Assembly (NCBI GenBank): GCA_028819215.1 | Contig: JAPPMG010000054.1 | Location: forward strand, 14,541-78,540 | DNA: 64,000 nucleotides | Direction: 5' to 3' | Source: Bryobacterales bacterium | Lineage (GTDB): Bacteria > Acidobacteriota > Terriglobia > Bryobacterales > UBA6623 | Part shown: positions 10,207 to 18,991 of the stretch, piece by piece | How the letters are laid out: the number at the start of each line of letters is the position of its first letter | Numbering within the stretch: the first letter of the stretch is position 1 | Translations under genes and position numbers: made by a program | Notes under the pieces: model-generated | Told to the model about the DNA's origin: nothing | The model's input: only the letters and a program-made list of their open reading frames with translations | Database searches by the model: none

Positions 10207-11618
10207 ACCCCGACCTCTCGAATCACGTCCAGCTTCTCGTCACTCAGATAGCCGTAGCGGTTCACCCAATAACCATGTTGGCCCGCCTCGCGCGCCACCA
10301 CAAGCCGCTTGCGGAAGTCTTCCACCGGCCCGTAGCCGTGGGCGAGAACGTAAACCGGGGTATCGCCTGCATCCCGCTGGGCTTGGTGGATCTTGCGGGT
10401 TTGCGCGGCCGGGCCGACCGGGTGCGGAACATCCGGCGGTGGATACGAGTAGTCCTCAACGGTCGGGAGGCCATCGTCATCGGCGATGTCGAGCCAGCGC
10501 ACCAATGCGCGGGCAAGCAGCCTGCTGGAAAGGCCCGGATTCGCAGCCAAGATCTGGTCTCCGTAGAAGCGCAGCATCATCGGCCAATGCATGGTGTACA
10601 GCTTGCAGCTGATGGCTGACGAGTGCTTGGCGACGCGGCGGAAGTCCATGCCGGACGGAATCGTCCAAGGCGGCGGGAAGGCATTCGGCAACAGTTCCAT
10701 CGACTGTCCGCCCGCCTCGTTCATCGTGGAGCGGAAACCGGCGATCATGTCTTCGACCAACGCTGCCTTGAAGCGCAGCCAGGCGGCCACGCCCGGATAG
10801 TCCGAGAGCAGTCGCAAGAGGTGGTAGCGACCACGATCGGCGTCCTCAGCCCACGGAATGAGATCGGCGTCTGTGAGTCCGCCATGCAATTTGTCGTAGA
10901 GCCTGCCCACGTCCCGGCGCATGCGCTCGAAGGGGAAGCCCATCCGCTCCGCCGCTCGTTCGGCGTGATAGGAGAAATCCAGGAAGACCGAGTCGAGGAA
11001 GTACGGCGGGTACTCCGGCCAGTCAACGCGCAGCCCGTCTAGGTCTGGATACTGCTGGACGATGTCTCGGAGCAGCGCATGTTCGTAGGCCAAGATATGC
11101 GGGCTGGCCAAACTGCCGTTCTTGGCTAGCCGGCGCGGCGGGATGGTGCCGTTCGGCAACAACGCCCGGTCGGCGTCGATCGGGCCGCCGAACTGCACGC
11201 GGTATCCGGGGGGAATGGCGGCCTGCACTTGGAAGTAGACTCGGATGCCGCGCTCCTTCGCCGCCGGTATGAAGTCGTGCAGCAGGTGTCCTTGGCTGCG
11301 CGTCAGTTCGGTTGGCTCGGACGGGCGGTAGCGCAGGCCGGCGTACAGCGCGAGGTTCGGCTCGAAGCTTGGCGCCGTCTTGACCCAAACCTCGCGTTTG
11401 CCAAAAAGCGGGCGGTCGAGCAAGCGCACCGCGCCGGCGTTGGCGTCGGCTGGAGGCTCGCGTTGACCGGTCTCGCGGTCCGCCTCCTCCATCAAGTACG
11501 GCGATGTCGCGACGGCATTGGCCCCGATCTTGCTGAGATTGTCGAGCAGTCCATCGATGCCCTCGCTCTGGATGTATTCGGGTAGAACCGTGACCCCTAG
11601 CAACTTGCTGTCCGCCAT
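10203..11618 (-). CDS. hypothetical protein, possibly a TIM-barrel glycoside-hydrolase-like fold
   Basis: 471-aa ORF with protein-like composition. The competing ORFs in this interval are Arg/Pro-rich shadows. The alternating beta/alpha-like pattern is only suggestive, and no family could be named. Confidence 0.6.
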   Translation of the reverse strand: MADSKLLGVTVLPEYIQSEGIDGLLDNLSKIGANAVATSPYLMEEADRETGQREPPADANAGAVRLLDRPLFGKREVWVKTAPSFEPNLALYAGLRYRPSEPTELTRSQGHLLHDFIPAAKERGIRVYFQVQAAIPPGYRVQFGGPIDADRALLPNGTIPPRRLAKNGSLASPHILAYEHALLRDIVQQYPDLDGLRVDWPEYPPYFLDSVFLDFSYHAERAAERMGFPFERMRRDVGRLYDKLHGGLTDADLIPWAEDADRGRYHLLRLLSDYPGVAAWLRFKAALVEDMIAGFRSTMNEAGGQSMELLPNAFPPPWTIPSGMDFRRVAKHSSAISCKLYTMHWPMMLRFYGDQILAANPGLSSRLLARALVRWLDIADDDGLPTVEDYSYPPPDVPHPVGPAAQTRKIHQAQRDAGDTPVYVLAHGYGPVEDFRKRLVVAREAGQHGYWVNRYGYLSDEKLDVIREVGV

Positions 11619-11746
11619 GGGCGCACTATATCAATTCTGTCTTGGCTAGATGATTCCTGTTGGGCTTGGCAGTGCCGCCCTTGGGGCCGGCCGTAACTTG
11701 GGCAAGTGGCTCGGTCAGGTTCCCATCGGGCTCCGATGGCGTTCGG

Positions 11747-12862
11747 TCAGTTACTGCCACTCCGAGCTGCGGGCGATTCGCGGTCGGTTACCGGATCAGG
11801 AAAGAACTGCTTATACCAGCTCCGCAGACGCATGACTGGCCCGTCGTCTCGGCAAAGCGTCGGTGGTCCCATGAAGACCTTGTCTTCCCAGATACGGACA
11901 TCGTTGCGCCACTGGGAGATCCAGTTCCCGATCGCATACCAGACCAGAATTCGCGAAACCCTACGATCGGCGAACCAGCAAAAATCGACCTGCTGCTCGA
12001 GTGGCGCGGTGGGAAGGTGAGTCTGGATGATCTCCACATCGCCCGAGTTGGGAATCGTGATTCTAATGTTCAAGATGCTGCCGGCACCGGTGTATGTGAC
12101 GCGAGTTCGCGCCCGTGTGCGTTCAATTCGATGGCCGAAGACCTTGAGCACGGTCTCGAGAAGCACCGGCATCCTGCAGGGCTCCCGATTGTCGTCAAAG
12201 TCTAGGCGCGCCGAGTGTTCGAGCTCCACGCCGGGGATCGGGATCTGTGTCCAGGGCACGCTCATTCGGCTATGGAGATAGGTGAAGTGCGCTGGGTCGG
12301 CTGCATTTTCGATCAGTTCGATCATGTGCATGTGAATGCGGCCGGCGTCGTAGTGCCCGCGGAACGCGAAGCTCCCATCGTCGACTTCCCGTATGCGAGG
12401 AACCGGATACGGAACCTCTTCGCCGGCCTGCTGCTTGGCTTCGCCGCCCCGGTGATACATGAAGATCTGCCCGTGCGCCTCTTGCACCGGGAAGCTCTCG
12501 GTCGCCACGCGCGTGGGGACGCTGTCGCTGTAGGGCACGCGGGCAGCGCGTCCGTCGCCGGTGAATTGCCAGGCGTGAAACGGGCATTCGATGCGATCCT
12601 GACAGACGCGGCCATTTCCGAGGTTCGCGCCAAGGTGTGGGCAGAACGCTGCCATCGCGAATACATCGTCGGCGTCTTCGCTGCGCCAGACGACCAGTGC
12701 GCGGCCTAGGCACTCGAGGTAGCGTACCTGCCCGCGCCGGAGCGACCTCGAGCTAAGCAGCCGGTACCAGCCGTCGGGATAGGGAGGGGGATAGCTCGCA
12801 AGGCGCAGATTGTCGGCGTATCGCGGTTCTCGGCGCTTCGAGCGACGACTCAGGAAGGCCAT
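11747..12862 (-). CDS. Rieske [2Fe-2S] domain oxygenase (KshA / PAO / cholesterol-7-desaturase-like)
   Basis: Track ORF 11747..13015 trimmed to ATG 12862 (MAFLSRRSKRR...). The Rieske ligands CPHLGANLG...CPFHAWQF are followed by a region the size of a catalytic domain. Confidence 0.8.
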   Translation of the reverse strand: MAFLSRRSKRREPRYADNLRLASYPPPYPDGWYRLLSSRSLRRGQVRYLECLGRALVVWRSEDADDVFAMAAFCPHLGANLGNGRVCQDRIECPFHAWQFTGDGRAARVPYSDSVPTRVATESFPVQEAHGQIFMYHRGGEAKQQAGEEVPYPVPRIREVDDGSFAFRGHYDAGRIHMHMIELIENAADPAHFTYLHSRMSVPWTQIPIPGVELEHSARLDFDDNREPCRMPVLLETVLKVFGHRIERTRARTRVTYTGAGSILNIRITIPNSGDVEIIQTHLPTAPLEQQVDFCWFADRRVSRILVWYAIGNWISQWRNDVRIWEDKVFMGPPTLCRDDGPVMRLRSWYKQFFPDPVTDRESPAARSGSN

Positions 12863-13238
12863 GCTAGTAGCTCTAGTTCGTTGTGAAGAACACAGGCCGC
12901 CGTCCGGCTCGCGCGTATGAGCGAGAAACCCTCGGCCTAAACCGCGGCCACGATCCTGCTTCCCCAGGCGCGGTATATTTACAATCAATTGCAACCATAT
13001 CGAATTATTATACATTTCAGGGACCGCTCTACAACAAGCCCCGAGAGCGGTACGACGCCGGATTCGTCAGGAGTCCTTCGCAGCTCGCGGGCGAGGTTGA
13101 AGGAGTACGAGTCGAGCCACAGAGGGTGGTCCTGCTCGGAGGTCTTGCCCGTTGCGAACGTCAAGCATCCGAACGTGCGGTACTACTGAATCCCGGTCGC
13201 CGCATGTGTGCTAAATTGTTGATAGCAATACAAAGCGT

Positions 13239-13314
13239 GGGCCTGTGGCGCAGTTGGGAGCGCGCCTCCATGGCATGGAGGAGGTCGAGGGTTCGAATCC
13301 CTCCAGGTCCACCA
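13239..13314 (+). tRNA. tRNA-Ala (anticodon GGC), CCA encoded
   Basis: Hand-folded cloverleaf: acceptor GGGCCTG/CAGGTCC with the G3:U70 Ala identity pair, D-stem GCGC/GCGC, anticodon stem CCTCC/GGAGG with loop ATGGCAT (anticodon GGC), variable loop AGGTC, T-arm GAGGG-TTCGAAT-CCCTC, discriminator A, then CCA. Total 76 nt. Confidence 0.93.
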
Positions 13315-13513
13315 AAACCAATCGGGTCCGACCGGGACAAATAGGTTACAGAATGTCCCGGAGAGTGTTGGCCTCCCAAGTCGCAGCGGTCAAGGTCCCC
13401 GCCGTGGTCGAAGGGTTGCCGTAAGGACTTACGTCCGGTTTCCGGATTCGCAGCTGAGCGGCAGCATGTTCTTCATCCCGGGAAGGGACGTTAGACTCTG
13501 CTACTTGAGCGGG

Positions 13514-15094
13514 CTACGCGCCTTGCGGCTCGAGCGCGGATTGCCCCAACCAGCTCTTGTAGGCCGTTATCAGCAGCGCGCCGAATCCCAATAGCGTCAG
13601 AAGGATGTTCACCACCGCGCCAATATATGGAAGGCTGATGGCAAGAAAGACCACGATCAAGCCAATCGCGAGTTGCACAACCGTGCCGGCCGTCTTGATC
13701 GAACCCGAGGCAACCACCATGTGTCCGATGGACTGGGCAACGACGATCTTGCCCAGATAGAGGCCGAGGAGCCAAGCGGCCGCAGAGGTCAGTGCCAGCG
13801 GAAGACCGATTAGCGTAATGCCAGCAACGACCGCCAGCAGCGGTGTGGCGACAGCCAGCACGAATCCGAGCCCCCCTGCAGAGAGCAAGGCCCGTCCGTC
13901 GTCCAAGCGAATCCGGCGGGCCGGGGGAAAGAGCCAGAACAACACCAGTCCTGCTATGAGAGCCATGACGAAGCGTATCAACGCCTTGACGTAGAATCCG
14001 GTAGTCGCGAAACGGCTTGGTTCCGGTTCCGGTGTCTCAAGGCTCGTAGTGCCTTCGATCGAGGCGCCAGCGGCAAGCCGGAGATTGTCCTCGTCTTCCA
14101 GATACGCCTTCAGGCTCCCGCCGATGTGGACCGGCGCTCGGATCGTCAAGACGCTGCCTCCGAAAGTCAAATTGCGGCCGAGTGCTCCAGCTACCTCCAG
14201 GGAATTGGCACCCACTGTCAGGTCCCGCCCCACAGCTCCGCCAACGAACACATCCTGCGCACCGGCGAGGAGGTTACCGCCAACCTCGCCCCCATCGCTC
14301 ACGTTGACCGATTGCGCAAAGCCGTAGAGGTTGCCCCCGACGCGTCCCGCAACGTCGATATTCTGGGCCGCTGAGAAGACGCTGCCCAGCACGGATCCGC
14401 GCACGGAGACTTGGCGGCCAACAGCGATCAAGTCGCCGGTCACGGTGCCATTGACGGTGATGGATTCGCCGAGAAATATCACGGAGTCATCGATCGTCTC
14501 CCCATCCGCCACGATCACGATGGGCTCGTCCTTTCGCAGATCCAGAGCTTGGCTAGGTGGTACGAGCACAGCCAGCACCAGAACCACAGGCAGTGCACTG
14601 GTCCAAACGGGCATGCGGCGAACACACGCCAGAACTGTCAGCAGCAGGATCCCTAGCAGCACGGAACTTGTGCTTTCGGTCATGGTGGTCATGATGGATT
14701 CTCCTTTCTTGATTGCGAGAACGATCGCGCTTGCGGAAATGTTCAGTTTTCCTGCCAGGCTGAATGGATCCAGCCATCCCAGCACAGGTGGCAGTTTGGA
14801 GCCGGCGAGCCAGTCGAAACAGATACGAAAGACTGTCGCAGCAGCCAGCACAGCCGTGCCTAGGCGCACGAGTGAACGCCAAGCGTCGGCGGACTCCGAG
14901 GGTGCCTCCGCGTCTTCCATCAGATCCACTTCCTGAAGCCAGTGCACGAGCATGCGGCCCTCTGCGGCCAATCTCGCTGCCAAGTCGCGGCAGCTCTCGC
15001 ATTGATCTAGATGCGAGAGGAGTTGGCGGCTCTTCTCGTGTCCCATCTCCCCGTCGACGTAGACCGACCAGGAATGTTCAGTCGGGCAATCCAC
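13514..15094 (-). CDS. membrane anti-sigma factor (zf-HC2) with a bactofilin-like beta-helix repeat domain and polytopic C-terminus
   Basis: 526-aa ORF. It has the N-terminal zf-HC2 motif HLDQCESCRDL, then TM segments. A central Gly/Val repeat run (GSVLGSVFSAAQNIDVAGRVGGNLYGFAQSVNVSDGGEVGGNLLAGAQDVFVGGAVGRDLTVGANSLEVAGALGRNLTFGGSV) follows, then 4-5 C-terminal TM segments. It overlaps the ECF sigma gene by 17 nt. Confidence 0.7.
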   Translation of the reverse strand: MDCPTEHSWSVYVDGEMGHEKSRQLLSHLDQCESCRDLAARLAAEGRMLVHWLQEVDLMEDAEAPSESADAWRSLVRLGTAVLAAATVFRICFDWLAGSKLPPVLGWLDPFSLAGKLNISASAIVLAIKKGESIMTTMTESTSSVLLGILLLTVLACVRRMPVWTSALPVVLVLAVLVPPSQALDLRKDEPIVIVADGETIDDSVIFLGESITVNGTVTGDLIAVGRQVSVRGSVLGSVFSAAQNIDVAGRVGGNLYGFAQSVNVSDGGEVGGNLLAGAQDVFVGGAVGRDLTVGANSLEVAGALGRNLTFGGSVLTIRAPVHIGGSLKAYLEDEDNLRLAAGASIEGTTSLETPEPEPSRFATTGFYVKALIRFVMALIAGLVLFWLFPPARRIRLDDGRALLSAGGLGFVLAVATPLLAVVAGITLIGLPLALTSAAAWLLGLYLGKIVVAQSIGHMVVASGSIKTAGTVVQLAIGLIVVFLAISLPYIGAVVNILLTLLGFGALLITAYKSWLGQSALEPQGA

Positions 15095-15611
15095 TGCTCA
15101 CTTCTCCAGTCAATCTTTGTCGCAGCAGCTGCTTGCCGCGGAAGAGCATCGTGCCGACCGTATTCCGGCCGTTCCCCGTCAGAGTCCCGATCTCGGCATA
15201 ACTCAGTTCGCAGTAGTAAGCGAGGACCAGCGGCACTCGGTACCGCTCGGGCAAGGCCATCAGGGCAGCTCTCACGGTTTCTCCTCGCTCAGCCTTGAGG
15301 AATCGGTCGAGCGGGCTGAGCGTTTGAGACTCCACAACTGAATCATCCGCAGGGGATGGGTCGAAGAGTCGACTCTCCAATGTCCGCCGTCGGAGTTGGT
15401 CGATGCAGTAGTGGCTGGTAATCCGGGCAAGCCAGTTCCAAAGAGGCTTGGAGGGATCGTACGTGGAGAGGCCTCGCTGGCCTCTAAGGAATACCTCGTG
15501 AGTTGCGTCCTCAGCCCTGTCGGCGGACCGTAGGAGGTAGCGGCACAGATTGAACACTCTAGACCGATGCTCCATGAAAGCGGCTTCAAACTGCTGCGTT
15601 GTAAGGGCCAC
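15078..15611 (-). CDS. ECF-type RNA polymerase sigma-70 family factor
   Basis: 177-aa ORF with a GTG start. It has region 2 (CRYLLRSADRAEDATHEVFLR) and the region 4 HTH (LVLAYYCELSYAEIGTLTGNGRNTVGTMLFRGKQLLR), and sits directly upstream of an anti-sigma gene. Confidence 0.9.
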   Translation of the reverse strand: MALTTQQFEAAFMEHRSRVFNLCRYLLRSADRAEDATHEVFLRGQRGLSTYDPSKPLWNWLARITSHYCIDQLRRRTLESRLFDPSPADDSVVESQTLSPLDRFLKAERGETVRAALMALPERYRVPLVLAYYCELSYAEIGTLTGNGRNTVGTMLFRGKQLLRQRLTGEVSSGLPD

Positions 15612-15635
15612 AATGTTTCCACCGGGTCCACACCT

Positions 15636-15662
15636 ATTCCTACGAACCTGAACTGTAGGAAT
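15636..15662. promoter_or_regulatory. inverted repeat ATTCCTAC-N11-GTAGGAAT 25-51 bp upstream of the ECF sigma start
   Basis: Perfect 8-bp arms (15636..15643 and 15655..15662) in the leader of the sigma/anti-sigma operon. This is a candidate operator or promoter element. No clear ECF -35/-10 match was identified. Confidence 0.3.
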
Positions 15663-16007
15663 TTCAACTACGTGATTCTCGGCAGACTCGATGGAGGAAG
15701 TTTAGCCCCGGAACGCCGCATGGCTGCAGACTTCTCTCCTGCCAAGTGCGGTCGCTCCTCAGGATCGAGCGCTGGACATCGCCGGACGGTCCATAACGCC
15801 GCCAATCCTACTGGAAGGGCACGCTCACCCATCAGTTTCAGTTTGGAGCGGCTGAACGTCGCACTGGCCCGATTTCGTTGTGGCCAGACAACTGCAATCA
15901 CAGCGACAAGGCCGTGTGGGCGCTAGATCGGACAACCTACTACGCTAAGGCTCCAACGACCCCCTCAAAGAGACCTGTGGACGCCCACTGAGGGTGACTC
16001 GTCAACA

Positions 16008-16616
16008 CTAGAGCAGGCGGAATTTGACCTCGACCCGTGCGCTTACTCGAACAGGCTTGCCGTCCTTCGTTCCGGGTGAGAACTTCCACTTCTTCACCGC
16101 ATCGATGGCGTTCTCGTCTAGGCCTAGTCCTAGGCTCCGAACCACGCGGATGTTGTGCGCAGTTCCATCCTCCCAGACTTCGACTGCCAGTAGCACGGTT
16201 CCCTCGAGCTTTGCAGCGCGGGCCTCTTCGGAGTATCCGGGTTCGATCTTGTCGAGGAGACGGGGGCTCGTGATCCCATTGCCAACTCGGAACACGGGAC
16301 TGCTGCTCCCACCACCGGAGTCGGGCGGGTTGGTTGTCGGCTGGGGATCGCCCTGCCGGGGCGAGCCTGGTCGGCGTTGCTCCGAACTTGATGACGGTCT
16401 GGCACTCTCAAGCTGCTGCCGTATCGTTCTCGTAAGCTGACCCGACATCGTCCAAACCGTCGAGCCAACGGATACCAGCAGTGTCACCGAGACATAGAAG
16501 ATCAGAGCGATCTTGATTGTCCGTAGGCTCTTAGCCAATTCCACGACAGCGTTCTCAATACCTGCGAGTCGATTATTCTCAACTGGGCTTTGTTCTTGGC
16601 CTGTAGGGGAGGGCAT
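16008..16616 (-). CDS. TonB-family energy transducer
   Basis: 202-aa ORF with an N-terminal TM anchor, a Pro/Ser-rich linker (PRQGDPQPTTNPPDSGGGSS) and a TonB_C domain (YSEEARAAKLEGTVLLAVEVWEDGTAHNIRVVRSLGLGLDENAIDAVKKWKFSPG). Confidence 0.8.
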   Translation of the reverse strand: MPSPTGQEQSPVENNRLAGIENAVVELAKSLRTIKIALIFYVSVTLLVSVGSTVWTMSGQLTRTIRQQLESARPSSSSEQRRPGSPRQGDPQPTTNPPDSGGGSSSPVFRVGNGITSPRLLDKIEPGYSEEARAAKLEGTVLLAVEVWEDGTAHNIRVVRSLGLGLDENAIDAVKKWKFSPGTKDGKPVRVSARVEVKFRLL

Positions 16617-16959
16617 TCTGTTGAATCCATTCGCAGACGTTCTTCAGGGGCTGGACGTCGACCAACACGGTGTAGCGTTGCCAGCCAAGGCGTCGGACAA
16701 CCGACGCCACCATACCGTATCAGCCGAGGGCCTCGATCGACTGCGACGGAAGTGCTTGCCACGGCACTCCGCGCACATCAGGCCTCTCCTCGCCGTCGGC
16801 GACTTCCATTCTGTTACAAGCTAGTGCGATCTCGTCATGCAGGAACTTACCTGTACAGCGCCGCCTATCAAGCACGCTCGAGTTGGTGTCACCGGACTAA
16901 CATGGATTGGTCAAGGTGGGTCGGTCGCTAAAACCCACAGTCCACGAGGAAGAGCAGCC

Positions 16960-18354
16960 ATGAGCCATTTCGTGAGAGCAACGGGTGCCTTGGCAGCCAT
17001 ATTTATCTTTGCGACCTTCAGCATCGCCGCCGGAGAAGCAAACAAATCGCAGCTTCCCAACATCCTGTTTATCCTGGCCGATGACCTCGGGTGGCATGAC
17101 CTCGGCTGTTACGGGCACGAAATTCACGAAACGCCGAACATCGACAAGCTCGCCGGCGACGGCATGCGGTTCACCGACGGCTATGCCGCGGCACCGGTCT
17201 GCGGTCCCACCCGCGCAAGCATCTTGAGTGGGAAATACCCGTCGCGTACGGGCTACACGCATAACTGGCTGACGCCGAATCCTGAAGAGCAGCCGTTTTG
17301 GGGTGAAGGGATGCCTCGGACCTGGCATGCATTCATGAAGTTGGAGGAACTTACCCTCGCCGAAGCCTTGAGAGATTCCGGTTACCAAACCGCTTTCGTC
17401 GGCAAGTGGCATCTGGGTGAAGCTCCCTTCTATCCGCGCCGTCAGGGTTTCGATGTCAACGTGGGAGGAAGTCATTGGGGGCATCCATATGAGGGCTATT
17501 TCAGTCCATACAAGATGCCGAACCTCAAGAACGGACCCGAGGGTGAATATCTCACGGACCGCCTTACCGGAGAAGCGATCAACGTGTTGGAAGGATTTTC
17601 CAGCAGTAGGAAACCTTGGCTGCTCTTCATGAGTTACTACACGGTCCACGGGCCAATCCAAGGAAAACCGGAGAAGGTTGCAAAGTACAAGGAGAAGCGC
17701 CGCCACATGAGAGCAGATGGTCTCAATGCCGAATATGCTGCGATGGTGGAATCCCTCGATCAAAATGTCGGACGTCTGATTAAGTGGCTAGATGACAAGG
17801 AGTTGCGTGAGAACACCGTCGTTATTTTCACCTCCGACAACGGAGGTTGGGTGCAAGCCACTACGAACAAGCCTCTCCGCAGCTACAAGGGTCACTTGCT
17901 GGAGGGCGGCATCCGTGTGCCATGGATCGTGTCGTGGCCCGGCGTGACAAAGCCCGGTTCCATTTGCCGGAAACCGGTCATCAGCACGGATTTCTATCCC
18001 ACCATCCTCGAGACTCTCGGCCTGAAGTTGCGCCCTGAGCAGCACCGAGATGGAGTCAGTCTTGCGCCCATCCTGAGGGGGGACTCGGATTTTGATCGAG
18101 GGCCAATGGTCTGGCACTATCCGCATGTCCGGATCTCAAAACCGGGCAGTGCGATTCGATCAGGGGACTGGAAGCTGATTCACTACTACCAAGATGGACG
18201 CCGGGAACTCTACAACCTGAATGACGACATTGGAGAATCCCATGATCTTGCAGGGCGTCTCCCCGAAAAGGCGGCTGCGATGAAGGCGCGGTTGGATGCG
18301 ATGCTGAGAGATCAGGGCGCAAAGATTCCCTCGCGCGATCTCTATAGCCGATAA
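16960..18354 (+). CDS. sulfatase (arylsulfatase A family), secreted
   Basis: Track ORF trimmed to ATG 16960, which has AGGAAG upstream. That start gives the signal peptide MSHFVRATGALAAIFIFATFSIAAG. The N-domain reads ILADDLGWHDLGCYG and the formylglycine motif is CGPTRASILSG. Confidence 0.9.
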   Translation: MSHFVRATGALAAIFIFATFSIAAGEANKSQLPNILFILADDLGWHDLGCYGHEIHETPNIDKLAGDGMRFTDGYAAAPVCGPTRASILSGKYPSRTGYTHNWLTPNPEEQPFWGEGMPRTWHAFMKLEELTLAEALRDSGYQTAFVGKWHLGEAPFYPRRQGFDVNVGGSHWGHPYEGYFSPYKMPNLKNGPEGEYLTDRLTGEAINVLEGFSSSRKPWLLFMSYYTVHGPIQGKPEKVAKYKEKRRHMRADGLNAEYAAMVESLDQNVGRLIKWLDDKELRENTVVIFTSDNGGWVQATTNKPLRSYKGHLLEGGIRVPWIVSWPGVTKPGSICRKPVISTDFYPTILETLGLKLRPEQHRDGVSLAPILRGDSDFDRGPMVWHYPHVRISKPGSAIRSGDWKLIHYYQDGRRELYNLNDDIGESHDLAGRLPEKAAAMKARLDAMLRDQGAKIPSRDLYSR

Positions 18355-18392
18355 GCACACGTTGGCGTGTCTGCCGCTGCCGTCGCCGGCGG

Positions 18393-18794
18393 TCACGTCC
18401 CCTCGATCTCGTTTCGGGCCGCGGTCGATAGGAAGGCCGACCGAGTCATCCGGCGCTGCTTGGCCTCGTCGTCTATGGCCTCGAGCAGGCCTCGGTCAAG
18501 GGAGATGTTGACCCGCCGCGAGGATCCACGGTCCAAGAGGAGGGGGACCAGCACGAAGTCGGCGCCGCGACGCCACTCGGCGAGGTCCGGATCGGCCTTG
18601 ATGGCATCGATCGAGCGGGGCGGCGGAATCGGAGTGCCGTCGTGGATGAGTCCCTCGACGTGGAATGCGAGGGCCTCGCTGCCTAGCCTGACGGCATCGT
18701 CAACCGTGTCGCCGACCGAGACGCAGCCCGGGAAGTCGGGAAAGCTGACACCGTATCCGATGTCGTCGCGGTGAATGGAGGATACGTAGCGCAT
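18393..18794 (-). CDS. hicB: HicB-family antitoxin with C-terminal ribbon-helix-helix
   Basis: 133-aa ORF. The HicB fold N-domain reads YGVSFPDFPGCVSVGDTVDDAVRLGSEALAFHVEGL and the C-terminal RHH reads RVNISLDRGLLEAIDDEAKQRRMTRSAFLSTAAR. GGAGGGAGG lies upstream of the ATG. Confidence 0.8.
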   Translation of the reverse strand: MRYVSSIHRDDIGYGVSFPDFPGCVSVGDTVDDAVRLGSEALAFHVEGLIHDGTPIPPPRSIDAIKADPDLAEWRRGADFVLVPLLLDRGSSRRVNISLDRGLLEAIDDEAKQRRMTRSAFLSTAARNEIEGT

Positions 18795-18991
18795 CGGGCA
18801 TTCCTCCCTCCTCGGTTCCTCCCCAACGTAGAGGGTGGAAAGTTTCGAGTCGGAGGATTGACAGGGGATTCCATCCTAGCGATCTGGACAGCGAGCGCCG
18901 GAGTCGAATCGCAAACCGTTCAGATGGTGATCCCACCCTGCGATTCCGTCTCGCGGTAGACTGGCGACCGATCGCACGGGGTTACCTCAAA

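Noticed and set aside
12883-13379. ORFs 12883..13344(+), 12989..13189(+) and 13161..13379(-) around the tRNA.
   Set aside because: They run through the tRNA-Ala gene or the AT-rich promoter region and have no coding signature.
13239-13514. tRNA-Ala as an integration site for a genomic island.
   Set aside because: There is no integrase gene on either side. I found no direct repeat of the tRNA 3' end elsewhere in the window by eye, and the flanking genes look like core genes.
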